A stretch of 64,000 nt of DNA from the NCBI GenBank assembly GCA_030141605.1, contig JAQGDQ010000115.1:124001-188000 (forward strand), in the 5' to 3' direction. The DNA is from Tubiluchus corallicola. Lineage: Eukaryota; Animalia; Priapulida. The stretch's first letter is position 1. Every line of letters begins with the position of its first letter. Of the stretch, positions 38,370 to 60,387 are shown one piece after another. The position numbers and the translations under genes are program-made. Below the pieces are notes generated by a model. It did no database searches. It saw only the letters and a list, made by a program, of their open reading frames with translations, and was not told where the DNA came from.

Positions 38370-38596
38370 TTATATTTGAGCTTTTTTCTTATGGTGAAGG
38401 TAAATTGCTACGGTTGCGCCTATGATGATGAACAAGCCCAAAATGCCAAAAACGAGTCCTAAAATTAGGCCGAGATTTGAATATTCTGGAAAACTTCGGA
38501 AGGTTGCCGAAACAACATTAGATAAGCCACTTTTCTTTGCATCGCCATCAAAACCGTCGTAAGCCCAGAGACCAAACCAGAGTACCGTTTCTTCCT
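38370..38596 (-). CDS. Isolated terminal exon encoding a CLCA-like C-terminus (end of an Fn3-like domain, TM helix, basic tail)
   Basis: Branch point and acceptor ctgactgttgcag|AG (phase 1). Reads EETVLWFGLWAYDGFDGDAKKSGLSNVVSATFRSFPEYSNLGLILGLVFGILGLFIIIGATVAIYLHHKKKAQI*. AATAAA about 37 nt after the stop. Missed by the ORF track. Confidence 0.7.
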
Positions 38597-39148
38597 CTGC
38601 AACAGTCAGTCAATATCAATAAATGTGTAATAAAATGTAGATTAGCTCTGCGCAAACGTTTGCTTATTAATAAATCAGACCGTCAAGAGAAGAGTGTTGC
38701 TTTGACATGTTGTTAATCAAATATGAACGTAAATTATGTTTGAGAATCAATTAAATTTCAGTACTTGAAGCACTTCACTGTTCAGTGCTTAAAAAACAGT
38801 AGTGCCTATAATATTCAGATCGAAACGTAAACTCTGCGATGAATAATTAATATTTCCTGAATAACTGCATTTAATGTTATTATTATTATTAATATTAATT
38901 ATTATTATTAACTACACTATTCTTCCTGTTAAAATGTCTATTCCATCTTTTTATTAATCTTTGGCTGCTGGCTGCCCCCTTTCTGTTTTAAGAGAAAATG
39001 CAATTCCACCATGTTTGTGGAGCAGAAGGCAAAAATAGCATTGGTTGGATCAAGCTTCATCGAGCTGTAGTTTTATAAATACTGGGTAGGCAAAAGTTGG
39101 CGTCAAGCTTTTCAACGAGAAAAATACCAATGATAGATTATAATTCAA

Positions 39149-42125
<2,977 letters not shown>

Positions 42126-43254
42126 CTTAAACTGACCCTGTTTTACTTATTAAGCGTCTATTTTCAAGGTTAAATAATTTTCACAATTAGCAGTCCTAAA
42201 AGCACCCGGCAACGCAACAAGCCCCGTGACAAAAAATACAAAAATTGAATTAGCTTTTCGATATATTAGCATTCTATCAGCCAAGACCTCACCTTTTGCA
42301 AATTCTTCCTCGCAGCCATCAATAAATTTTTGCACAATAAACCCTTGAATCAATATCGATTTTCTTTTTTTCTTTTGCTACAGGTTTCAGTTGATTGACA
42401 TCCAAGTACTGCAAAGTCTTTGTTGTTCTTCTGCTCGCATTTTCAAAAAAAATTTGGAATTCAAACATCACTTATTAATATACTGTGTGCAGCAAGAACA
42501 AAAAAGATTTAAGTGAATGCTCTATATACCTAATTCATTACAGAAAAAATATAAAGAGAGTATTAATACGTACCAATGAGTGACTGATTTCAGAAGTATG
42601 TCCACTTGAAGTTTTTTCTACAACTAATGTCGTCCAGTTTTTGAGTTTCTAGTAAGCGTTTCACTAGTTCTGTAGCCTAGGTGTAATCACTAAGTATCAC
42701 TACTCTCTCTCTCTCTTCAGTTAGTTACGAATGGAGGTTTAGGCATTTGCGTCATATATAGACAGGATAGATCACTCAGAATAGACTTGGTAACATACCC
42801 AAGTATATTGAATGAGTAACTGTTTAATTCACAAGTTCATTGTACTAACACCTTTTTGTACCAACTCCAGTACTTTCAACTAAATCCTTATCAATTGTGC
42901 ACCTTGATGAAATCGATGTAACATGTATCTCTTGTCAAAGGATGTTTAATTCAAAGCTTGGATACCTGTCACATACATTTGAATATAAATGTTGTATAAA
43001 CCATGTATCTCAATGTTGATTCAACCATTTTTATTGAATTTAATAATTAAGATATGGTGTATCATTTTTTGGTATATGAAAAATTATTAACTCAGATGCG
43101 CCAATTCATGAGAAAATGTTGAAACTTAAAATTACACTTCTGCGTAACACTATTAAATCTGTTTTACACTTCCGCAATTTAAACTCTATACATATTTCTT
43201 TTTTAGTACAACTTAAGATAACATAATATATTGTGTATAACATATAGTACTAAG

Positions 43255-43560
43255 AGTACCGTTATATGTCCCACTTTTACGACTTTAATTCTGTAAATAT
43301 TTTTTAAAATCTATGTTCTGCTTCTATATTCTAAATTCTGTATTTGTTTTATTTTTAATGCAATTTAAAATTATACTGATCATGTTTAATCATGAATTGG
43401 TGTATAGTGCTAATAATAATAATAATAGTATGATAGTACTAATAGTACCGTTATATGTTCCACTTTCACGACTTTAACTCTGTAAATATTTTTTAAAATC
43501 TATGTTCTGCTTCTATATTCTAAATTCTGTAATTATTTTATTTTTAGTGCAATTTAAAAA
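43255..43560. repeat. Local direct duplication (~115-bp unit, ~190-bp spacing)
   Basis: AGTACCGTTATATGT.CCACTTT.ACGACTTTAA.TCTGTAAATATTTTTTAAAATCTATGTTCTGCTTC... at about 43255 and 43444. Confidence 0.88.
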
Positions 43561-46245
43561 TGTTCTATGTTCTATTTTTTAAATCTGTTTATATTTTTTA
43601 TACATTTTTAATACAGGTTAAGGTCATGCACAATCGTAACATTTATAAATCTATATTCTACATAAACTTTATTTGTACTGAGTGGATTTACAATACAGTG
43701 CAATGCAATTACTGGTCACAATATTTCAAAACTCTACTTCGTATAATTATCTACATTCTATATCTACTTCCTATTCATATGCTTTATTTTTACAAGTTGT
43801 GCTTTTTTTGTTAATCTTGCTTACAAATTCGTGTACGAAGCGCCATCTGTGGCAGGTAAGGTAAAGCTTTTAGTTTTGGCCAGCTTGCAGTACCTGCTAG
43901 TCACCTGACTGTTTTACTCACCTGTGCTTTGAATAGTCAGATTAATCCACTTCATGGCATATTTGGGACATTTATGTACTGATTATGTTACAATAAAGCA
44001 TTCGGTGGTATTAACCTCTGTAGAAAGCGTTTCTGTGACTACACATTGTTTTGAAAATGTAGCTAGTTATTTTTTCGTCTGTCAGTTTATCATTTGTCCT
44101 GAAGCATTCGGCAATACCTCAGTGTTTGTATCGTTGTTAATTCGGATCTAATTAATGACATATATAGTATTTAGGACTTCATTGAAATACATTAAAATTT
44201 TATCTTCAATCTTTGCTCTATCATGGTCACACTCACATACCCTGTTTAACGTTTTCTATCCTTAGGTGATTCACTGATTGTCTCTTGTTCGTAATCTGTT
44301 TTTAATGTGAAATCACTCTAACAAGCTTTGCTTTCACAGTGATTTACGACACAGTGGCTTGTTGTGAACACGATCTTAAAATTATTATTAAATTTTATTG
44401 ACCAAGACTAAAATTTTCAGCCTCTGCCAATAATCTTGTTAAAAATGTGTATTTGTTATAATGATTTAAAAACTGCGTTGTGTCGAAGTCAGATCAACTT
44501 CAACTTTGAGCTGTGCTGATTTCCGAACAGTACATACATATATATTGTCTGTTAGTGAGAGCTGATGAATAGAACATACTTTAAGTCTCTCAATTGTTTA
44601 CAGTATAATAACTGTAATAACAAAAAACCAGATCAACAAAATGTAAGCTGCAATTATTTTAATGATAGTTTTGCTAACATTGCGATCAAGATGTCAGAAA
44701 TAAAATCCTTTGAACAGCCGAAGGAGCGAATAAATGACTCAGCCAATTGATTTGAATTTCACAAAATTATTTTCCGTAATATTAATAATGAAAATATATT
44801 CTCTGCAGTTTATATCTCCATAAAGGTTGTTAACATTTTAAAAAATATGCTCCTCATTGTTTTAATATTTTCTAATGTACAAGTTTTAAATTGGTTGTTA
44901 TGCAAGTGAACAGACAGTAAGTCTTATTATAAAGCTTCTCTTCTCTCCTTTTCATTTCGTGGTAAAGTTAATCGATTTTGCATCCTTTGTAAACTGTACT
45001 GTAGTTTTGTTACTTCTAACAGTGTATGTACAGTAGCAATGACAACATCCCATTAGAGTTTCGAAGTATAATTGTTGTACTCGATTTGTGTCAAATATCA
45101 CGTAATAAAGCTATGCTACCTTCTTATAAAAAATGTCCAACAATAATTGTATAGATTACGTCATTGAATTTGAAAACAAAATAAAATAATTTTATATAAT
45201 TTGCACAGTTTCACAGAGCTATTGATAATAAATTGTTCTAATTAACTTTAACCGCTTTTTACGTAAATTGTAAAATCTAATCTTTAGTCTAATTAATCTA
45301 ATATTTTTAATAAACAATGTTCAAGATTTAAGAAATTAATAAATCAACTTACACGGTGACCTTTTATACGTATAATTATGAAATTACTACTGCAAAGTAA
45401 TGAACGACGCGAAACAAGCTATAGCTGCACGGTGTAAAACGCCTGACATCATCTACAGGTAAATTAACAGGTAACAGACTGGTCACATAACAATTCAAAA
45501 ACAAACCAATTCATAAGTGAAAAGAGGGAGCCATACAAGCTTAGATCAGCACACAAGCATTAAATATTATAATTTTAATGTCAAAACGGAAGAAACCCAC
45601 AATTAATTCAGTAGTGTCTTTCAAATTTGGTTTCAAATTTTTGTAAATTGTGGGTTTTGTTCCATTGTAATCTGGCATAGTTTAAAGATTCACTGAATCA
45701 CCCAATCACTAAAGAAGTAATGACATATTTTGTTTCCTGGGCTTTACCAACGTTTTCAGCCTGTGCAGACCGTGTATAGTGTATACTGTCTGACAATGTG
45801 AAGTTCAAGAGAAACATAAAACGGAAAACTAATAAAAATGCTTTTCAGACAACGTTTTTTACTCATTGAAGGTGTGTGCCTGCATTTTTAGACACATAGG
45901 AAAACCTTCGCGGTACTTTTTTTCGAATGTGCAAATGAGGTTTCAGAGAAGAAAAGCTTTAAATAAACTCACTAATTGGTTTCAACTTGTATAAAATTGT
46001 TATAGAAAATAATGTTACCCTAAAAGATACATTTAGAATTTTCAGAATTATCTCGGAAGATTGTGAAAGATTGCGACTTAACTTCTACTTGCAACCACCG
46101 ACAATATTTTTGTCAGTGTATCAATTGAGAGGTTTTGTTGCTGTCAGTGTTAGTTTATTTTAGTTTTGCTACTAGTTTATTAATTTTTTTACTGGACCAC
46201 TTATGTAACTATAGTGTACATGTGTGTTCGAAAATAAATGATGTT

Positions 46246-46656
<411 letters not shown>

Positions 46657-46949
46657 TCAACTCACCTCAGATGCATATCCTTGAAATTCCTCCGTCTCGC
46701 CACATTTGCAAAATTACAATAACTTTTAAAACTAAGACTTTCATGCCTGTAATACATGCATTGCTTATGGACATGGTAATGCTTCACAGTGGATGTGTTT
46801 GCATAGATATCGTAATGAAAAAGAATGCTAATATCTTAGATCAGCTCAACGAGTAAACAAGTGTGGACTAATATGTAAATTTATTTCATGTTTATTAGCT
46901 ACTTGGCAGATTTTGGAAAACTAGGATTGAAAGTGACCATTGGGGACGA

Positions 46950-47575
46950 TAGGGTTGCCACCACTTCTGATTTTATCCGGACTCTCCTGAAATTCAGCCA
47001 TACATCCGCTTCTGGAAAATTCTGAAACTTCCTGATTTCGACCATCACTTTAAAATTTAAATGAAAAAAAGGAATAACGTCTTGCATGTTATTAAACCTT
47101 TGCTTAAGTTTAAGTTAAAACAGCCGAATCTTTGTTAAGTCAAATAGTAAACTTACGAGGCTTCTTCATTTACTGCTGTCTACATTTTTCGCCAAGTTTT
47201 GCTACAGTGACAACTGCTGCAATGCAAGTTTTCTTCCGGTTTAGCTTTAATTCACTCAACATAAACCATCTATCTGCAGAAATCTCAAGAACGTAAGAAA
47301 TGTAGTGGGACTAGTAGAAGAAACTCCAAAAGTTGATGTACACCACTTGCACTTTCGTAAATTTTTGGGGTATTTAGAGCTTTTTTAGAATCTAAAACTG
47401 AGTAATCTGTTCTACTCTGTTGTCACTTAAATTTCTTGATTTTTGCTTCTGAAACAGCCTCGTAGAACGTCCGAAATACGGGAAGCGCATTGGCTTCCGG
47501 GGCTCCGTCCCAGGCCACGACCCCCTGGCTGGCTCTTAACTCTTGATTTCAGTTCGTGACGTGGTGGCAACCTTA
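46950..47575. mobile_element. hAT-type non-autonomous element upstream of the P450
   Basis: TIR TAGGGTTGCCACCAC / GTGGTGGCAACCTTA; 8-bp TSD GGGGACGA (46942-46949) versus GAGGACGA (47576-47583). Confidence 0.85.
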
Positions 47576-48007
47576 GAGGACGATCAAAACGTTGCCAGCA
47601 CAATTTTTAAACAAATACCAGTAGGCACGTTGACCTCATCGTTGGTAATCTTGTTTTTGTTTTAAATAAAATTTATTCTGGCCAATGTTCTTCAGTTACT
47701 TGGGCAGCCTCAGAACATCGATTACTATGTATGCTACGATTGCTACCTAATTTTACGTACAGGCTAAATCTTTCCAGGCCTAATTTTCACCACTTGTTTA
47801 CAGTTTAATAGCTGTCTGAGTAAAGATCGCATTATTCAAACACTAGATTTTTATCTATTTTCTATTTTCTGCTCTCTGTTCTGTATGATCTGTACAGTTA
47901 AGACGTAAAGTGATAATATCGACTTTCAAGAGACATGGACGACGACTAGACTCGAAATCTGCCCTGCATTTCACAGGAACGCTTGGAAAGTATCTAGCAG
48001 GGTTATA

Positions 48008-53417
<5,410 letters not shown>

Positions 53418-54396
53418 ACTCCAAGGAGTGTTCAAAATCGTACAAATTGGCACTCAGCCAAATCCGTCTTTACTGCATAAAAGTGTGTCACTAGATATGA
53501 GATATATAAATGTAATTACTGATAACCAAAAAAAATCATTACATGTATGCTGAGATGACAGCAACACACCACAAGATCTTAGAGTTGCAACACCTATATA
53601 AAACGTGCAGTAGCATTGACACTCAAAAAGCAACAAATCTTCCTGGTACAGTTAACTTTCTCCTTGTGACAGTGACCCTGCATAAAATAATTAGGAATAA
53701 AAAAAGCTCTTACAAGTAAGAAACGGGTGTCTAGATTAATGGATTTCTCGTGTCAAATGCTAGGAAACAAACTTTTTAAAGCATGAAAAATGCTTTGTTT
53801 TGTAGCGCACATAAATGAGTTAATTCGCATTTCATTGTTTACGTGTAGCACAAATAAATTGTTCATGCAAGGCTTGAATGGTATTTTGTTTGGTATTAGT
53901 TACTGTGTAAGTTTTCTTTCTAAATTGCAGCACTATATTATGTATTTGATTACTTTGCTTCTTTTATTGCAAAGTTCGTTAATGCAGTTAGTAGACCCGT
54001 GTTGCAGCAAACAAACACAAAAGTTTCAATAATTATGACACATTTTACAATATCACAGAAGAGGTGCATTAGATCAAGCACATCCAATGATGCTCAAAAT
54101 TTATTCCTATAACTTGAAATAAATTCATCATAGATACCACCAGGGCTGGATTGCCCAATAGGCTAGTATAGGCTGCACTCTACGGCCCCTCAAGATTGGG
54201 AAGGTCATACTTTACATTGCTGAATAATTGATATAACTTAAAATAAAATTTCAACTTTAAAAAAAAAGGAGGCCAGGCCACCATACGCGTCGACGTCGAG
54301 TGCCTCAATCCAGGTCCTCGCATTTACAAATGTTAGATATGTTACAAGAAATACCCAAATCTTTCAACAATGCAACCATAACAAAAGCTCTGAAAA

Positions 54397-54722
54397 CTTC
54401 ATTAGTGTACCAATTTTGCATTAATGATAAATGATAAATAAAATTTGAGCAATTTTGTGAAATAAATATCTTCATAGAGCCACAGACAGAGATGCACATT
54501 GGAGATTGATGTCTGATGTCTTTGATGTTTTTAGGGGGTAGCAATACCAGAATTAATAGCAGATCTGAACCTAACGGGTGTACTCTTAGTGGCACTCGTC
54601 ATCTTCAGTCTAGTTAGCTATTTAAGGAAAAAACCACGGGATAGTCCTCCTGGTTCATTAGGACTGCCTTTTCTTGGACATTTGCTCCATTTGATTGACA
54701 ACCCTGGAAAAGCTCTGGAACA
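54397..54722 (+). pseudogene. Truncated duplicate of P450 intron 1 end and exon 2 (copy of 48525-48850)
   Basis: Near-identical sequence including the acceptor ttttag|GGG and PPGSLGLPFLGHLLHLIDNPGKALE; homology stops abruptly afterwards. Confidence 0.9.
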
Positions 54723-55837
54723 CATTGATATGGCAAGAAAATTTGGAGAATATTATTTATTTATTTATTATTTATTATTGACATTTATACATATATTAAA
54801 ATTGTATAAAAGAAAGAATCAGCAGGCGCATGCGCAGTTACGCTGACCCTATAAAACATAAAATGAGTCACAAAAATAAAATTTATAAAAACAAAACGCT
54901 AAAATTGAATATCTCTCATTAAAAAGCTCCTAATAAAATGTAGCTGAATATGAATTATATACCATATACAACACGTTTCATACAGTACAATACGTAATGC
55001 TAAAAGGGAAGAACGGTGAATTCTAAAGTATATTCAAAACAACTTTTTCTGCAAGTTATATTACTTAGCATTACGCTTACCTGCTAAAAAAATGCAATTG
55101 AAATTATAGATAATTTAAATCTTTGTGCCACCTGGTAAAACGGTCATGCATTGCGTTACTGCTAACCGTTACTGTTGTATGAAATAAGACATCATGTAAC
55201 TGATATAAAATTTTAAGACATTTTTTAACTTTTATTTATAAAGAGTGTTTTCTTGTGCTTCAAATTGCCTAAAGATGCATATCACTAATCACTGTAACAT
55301 AATTCCTTTTTTTTATATAATTTATTTCTTTTTAATTACGGTCCCGCGTAATAATCTTTAAACTCAGTTATTTCTGATATTAGACAAATGCAACGCAATT
55401 CTCAGGAAAGCTTTGGGGCGTGGTGTATAGCCAAGTGGTCTCGCATACACATTTCGTGTAAATGGCTTGTGACTGCTTGGGTTTCATACTCGCTCTGACT
55501 GATTTCATTCACTGCACCGACTGTAACTGTTTATTTCTGGGGAAGTCTACATACGTCATAGCGTGACTACATGTCCACGACAGTGGCTCATTATAGAGAG
55601 GTATCTTTAATAATGATCCAAATTCCGGTCTTGGCACAAACATCGCATTGAGGAGGCCTTCTTGTAAATCCTGGACTCCGGCTGGCTGTGTGCCAACTAG
55701 AATAAAACACAAACAAAACTACCTCTATTTTAACCAAATGAAAAACGTTACCCGTAACAGATGGTCAGCTAACCTATACACCTCTTAGGGTTTAGCATTT
55801 TGCTGCAAAATTGTCTCTATAAGTTTTCACCAGACAA

Positions 55838-57030
55838 GCCTGTAAATTATTAGCTGAAAAAGCCATTTCTTCTGCTGATGACTCAATATATAGCCTCATG
55901 ATCGATATGTCAAAGGCCTTTGATTGCGTTCGGAGAAAAACTCTGCTTTGCTGTCTGGAAGAAATACCTTGAACCTGATGAAATATACATCATAAGTATA
56001 ATGTTAGAAATCTATTAATTCAAGTCAGGTGTGAATGGAAATTGAGTCAGCCATTTTCTACAAACAAAGGAGCACCTCAGTGGTGACTGTCTAAACCCTG
56101 TAACTTTTTACTTTATATTTTGCCATAGCTCTCACTGAGGACAAAGTTATACCATTGAAAGACCTAGAAGATCACAACTACACAATTCTTGATCTTAATA
56201 CCGAATGAAGTAAGACAAGAACGCAGTTACAGCTGTCTACAAAGTAAGTCAACTACGATATCAATGCAGTATGCTGATGATGTGGCATGGATTACAAGAA
56301 ACAAAGAAGAAGTAGATGAAATAAAAAACTCAATAGAGGAGAAACTGAACAGAATGGATCTCGTTGTAAACAAAAATAAAACTGAAGAGTTTCATATAAC
56401 ACGCCACGGTGATGAATCATGGCAAAGATGCAAGTATCTCGGTAGTCTGCTTGCAGCAGAGGACACATATCAAGACGGAACATAATGGCATTATCAGCTT
56501 ACTCAACACTCACAAAAGTTTTTGAAAATAGGAAGATTTCTTTGGAAACAAAAATTAGAATATTCTCAGCCTTAGTTGAAACTGTATTTCTGTGTAACTC
56601 TGAGCTCTGGACATTAAAAGCAAATCATAAAGCTGAAATCGATGCGTTTCAAAGGCGAAATTACAAAAACATTTTGGGTATTAGATGGCCAAAGAAAATT
56701 CCAAACAAAGATCTATATGAAAAAATAAAAGAAGAACCTTGGACAAGAAAAATAAAAAGATGCCGTTTAAGATGGATTGGGCATATGCTTAGACTACCTG
56801 ATGATGTTCCAGTGAAGATAGCTCTTCAACAAGCCATAGAACCAGCTAAAAAACCTGCAGGAGGACAAATGTTAACATACTTAGATTTTGCACAGAAAGA
56901 TTTAAACACTTCAGCATTGATCCTTAGAAATAAATCCACTTGGGGCATTGCGGCGAGCAGGGAGTCCTGGCATAGAGAGTGGAGCAGAATCATGTCCCTG
57001 GACGTATGATTCATTGATAATGATGATGAT
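55838..57030 (+). mobile_element. 5'-truncated, frameshifted RTE-type LINE (RT domain and C-terminus)
   Basis: LLAEKAI...MIDMSKAFD, GAPQ/GDCL, MQYADD, CKYLGS, KIRIFSALVE..L.NSELWT, RLRWIGHMLRL; (GAT)n tail. Confidence 0.93.
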
Positions 57031-59455
57031 TCTGGGAAATCATCGTAAAGCGAAACTATTTCCATAATTATGTGCAGCAATTGTGGCCGCAATTCACGAC
57101 CAACTTCCACAGGGTGTCTCAAAAGTCACTGTACACATTGATGTCTAATTTTCTTTTTAAACATTCAGGCAAAATCAGCCTGGCATGAGTCCATCAATTA
57201 CCAATTGAATTCAGTAAAAATTCAGAGTGCCATATGGACTACATTATTTTATTACATTTAACAGTGTAGGTTTTTCGACAAGGTGCACCCCTTCCTCACA
57301 ACTCGTGTGCTGTAAGAGACTTTCTCAATGCAAAGTGCCCTGGCCTGCCCAACTAAGATGCCCGACTTGCCACTGGATATGTCTCTAATGCTCTTGAGGT
57401 CCCAAAAATGGTAGTGAAAACTGCAAATCCTGTTAGTCCAGTAGGGTTTCCCGGATTTTTGTCTCTTATCTGACTAAAAGAAGAGTTTTAGTTCGTCTAT
57501 GCCAAAGATTTTGCTATGTTTGTTAAAAAACATAGAAAATGTAAAATTCATTTACATGTTGAAATTTTTGTGTTTTTCGAAGCTCATGTCATATTGCTCA
57601 AACGTTTATGCTGATTAATCTTTACTGTACAGCATGTTTTTTAATGTTTAACACTGACTTTACTGGAAGTACCAATACAATAATAATATGTTTAGTATTT
57701 TAGACCGTTTACATTTTTATTCCTGAAAATGGTTGTGTTGGTAGGAGCCCCAGTCACGGCTTTACCGGGAGCTTACATTGTTGTAAGGGGTCTTGCCCAC
57801 AACTAACGTCAGAACTCTATTCGGGTTGTCTGTACACACTAGATAATAGCCAAAAACTCAACGTTATGACAAAAATTATCTGTCTGGTAAAGGACTGTTA
57901 TTAGCATAACAAGTTTTGGATTGAATTTTATCAATTAGTGTGAATAGCACATAATTAAATTTGATATAGCATAGGTTTTTAATTGAATTTTGTAAAAGTG
58001 AATTGATGGATATATACTACAATGTATGTTAACCTGTTTCCTGTAATCGAGGACAGCATATAAATAACAAGTCAAAGCAGTAATTATTTAACTTGTACCA
58101 TATATTACTTTGTTCTATACAAGATTTTTCTAGGGAAATTTTAGGCCTTTCAATGTTACTATTTCATCCTAACATACAAAATTGTGTTAGGAACGATATA
58201 CATTTTGCCATGTCACTGCAAACGACGTTTTTATTCGGTAAAAATAATTTGTTGGTGTGCTAATAGAAACAAACTCTTGCTTGCAAACTTGTACAAAAAG
58301 GTTTCCATATTCTACGTTGTTGAAATTATGTTTGTTGGGAGCCGTTTGGACCACTGCGCCAAGTAGACCACTTGATGCGCTAAAAGTAGTGTCCTACATG
58401 GGCAGCCCAAGTAGGACACTAGCGATTTTTGTCGAGAAACTTGCTCTGGCAAAACTTGTTTCCAGTTTATATTACCATTGTTTATAAGTATTGTTATGAC
58501 ATAATAAAGCATAAAACAAAATTTCTTTTAGAAATGGATATTCCTTTGCAATTTACAAATGCATTTCTTACAATAATTTCATCATTATGATTAACTCCAT
58601 TAATATATCATAACATTAAACCTAGTATCTAATGCTTTAAAGAGAGAAATTCTGCACACAGTTATTACAGAAATAATTGCAAATTTAAAAATGAGACAGA
58701 TGCTGCTAAGCCTTCACAACACCAAAAAGTAATTTTTAACATTTAAGAAAAGCAAGGATAATTAGTTTTAATATTATCAGTAGTATTGTAACATGTAGGG
58801 CACTGTCCTACATGGCTCGCTAGCCCATGTAGGACACATAGATCGCTAGAACGTTTACTTATAAGAAAACAATTATTTGCCCAAGAGGTAGTGAAACGGA
58901 TCACCTGTTTGTGAAGTGAGACAAAATCAAAAATGATATACCTTAAACAAATGTTGAATTCGCAAAAAAGTGAGGTTTTTTCACTTCAACAACATTAATA
59001 TCGAAACCAAATTTAATATTGTCCGTTCTACCAGCTCAGAATAAAATTCTTTTATTTTATTAGATGTATAATAAATTATTCAACGTATTATAAATTATTA
59101 GGCCACCCTTCAACTCTTACATGGTCTTTTAACTGCCCGTTAAGATTATCAGTAATGTTTTAACCTCGTTGTGAACTCTCTTGACAACGCGTATTTCTGC
59201 AGGAACCAATCCAGCTCACTTGTAGCAAATACTTGTATAGACAACATACAAGTCGTGGTTTTCCATTCATCTTAGTTATGAGAACTTGGCTTTTGAACTA
59301 CAAGGATTTTTTTCGTTCTAATGCCGAAATCTTCATTGTTTTATTATGACCGGCCCTCTTGGTTCTGTTCCGTGGAAAGCCACGCAAGCTTCACCACTAC
59401 CAGCATTGTCTGTTGGTAAGCCAACCAATCAGCGTAGATTGCTGGTTGTCCATTA

Positions 59456-60062
59456 GGCTGCCAGGCCATAGAAACTCATGCCTCACGCTTCATACTTCAT
59501 ACTTCATGGTTCATGCTTCACGGCCCACTGGGCCATAGGGGCTCATGCTCTCACGCTTCACACACACACGAGTCTGCGTTGTGCATTCAAAATGGAATCA
59601 TCTGACGAGGAAGATTTCTTGATTTTGTTGTGTCTCAGAAGGAAGCGAAAGAGACGGAGAATATGGTGCCGGGAGCATTTTTTGCTCAGAGAATCCAGAC
59701 GAAGGTTGTCGTTATATTCTACACTCAAATTTCAGAAAACAACCTCGAAAGCATTGATAAAGTTCAGTCAATGCAAACAACACGCTTCTGAACTAGTTGG
59801 CTGCTAATCGTACAAATTTAGGCTTACCTTGCAGTCAAAAAACGCTCTGATATCCAGTCTGCCCCCGGACTCACGTCTCGAAAAAGTGAACATGTTCACT
59901 TCTAGCTTCACGCGTGAGTCGTGAAGCTTGAAGTGTGAGGCGTGAGCGGAGGTCTATGGCGCACCGCAAATAAGATTACGTTTGTTCATTTTTCCACTCA
60001 CGCGTTTAGACGTGAAGCATGAGCGTGAGGCATGAAGCATGAGTTTCTATGGCCTGGCAGCC
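59456..60062 (+). mobile_element. PIF/Harbinger internal-deletion derivative
   Basis: Perfect 26-bp TIR GGCTGCCAGGCCATAGAAACTCATGC, TTA TSD (59453-59455, 60063-60065) and 7-bp subterminal repeats. Retains a Harbinger-like transposase N-terminus MESSDEEDFLILLCLRRKRKRRRIWCREHFLLR from 59592. Confidence 0.9.
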
Positions 60063-60387
60063 TTAGCAAACCATGGATCAACTGGGTGAGTTCTCATATC
60101 TTGTTTTATATGAAAAGAAAGAACAATCTTGTGCAATAAGTTGTGTTTGAAAGAGTATATTAAATAAATGAATCAGTGTAGGTCACAGTCAGTGCCCTCT
60201 GTTATGTACAGCATTATTGCACTTTGATCAACACAGTTCCAAGATATGCATTTGTGCAGTGCAATGTGAAAATGAAACAAATTTATTTGTGGGTCACATA
60301 ATTGAAATGAGATTGGCTAAAAGCAGTCATGTGACTTTGCTTTGCTTAACGGCAATAATTGATTTATTTTTGTAGGTTAAGGAAATA

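Noticed and set aside
42150-42353. 67-aa minus-strand ORF as a missing CLCA exon
   Set aside because: No CLCA motifs or suitable splice sites; it lies in the presumed 5' region of the PAN gene.
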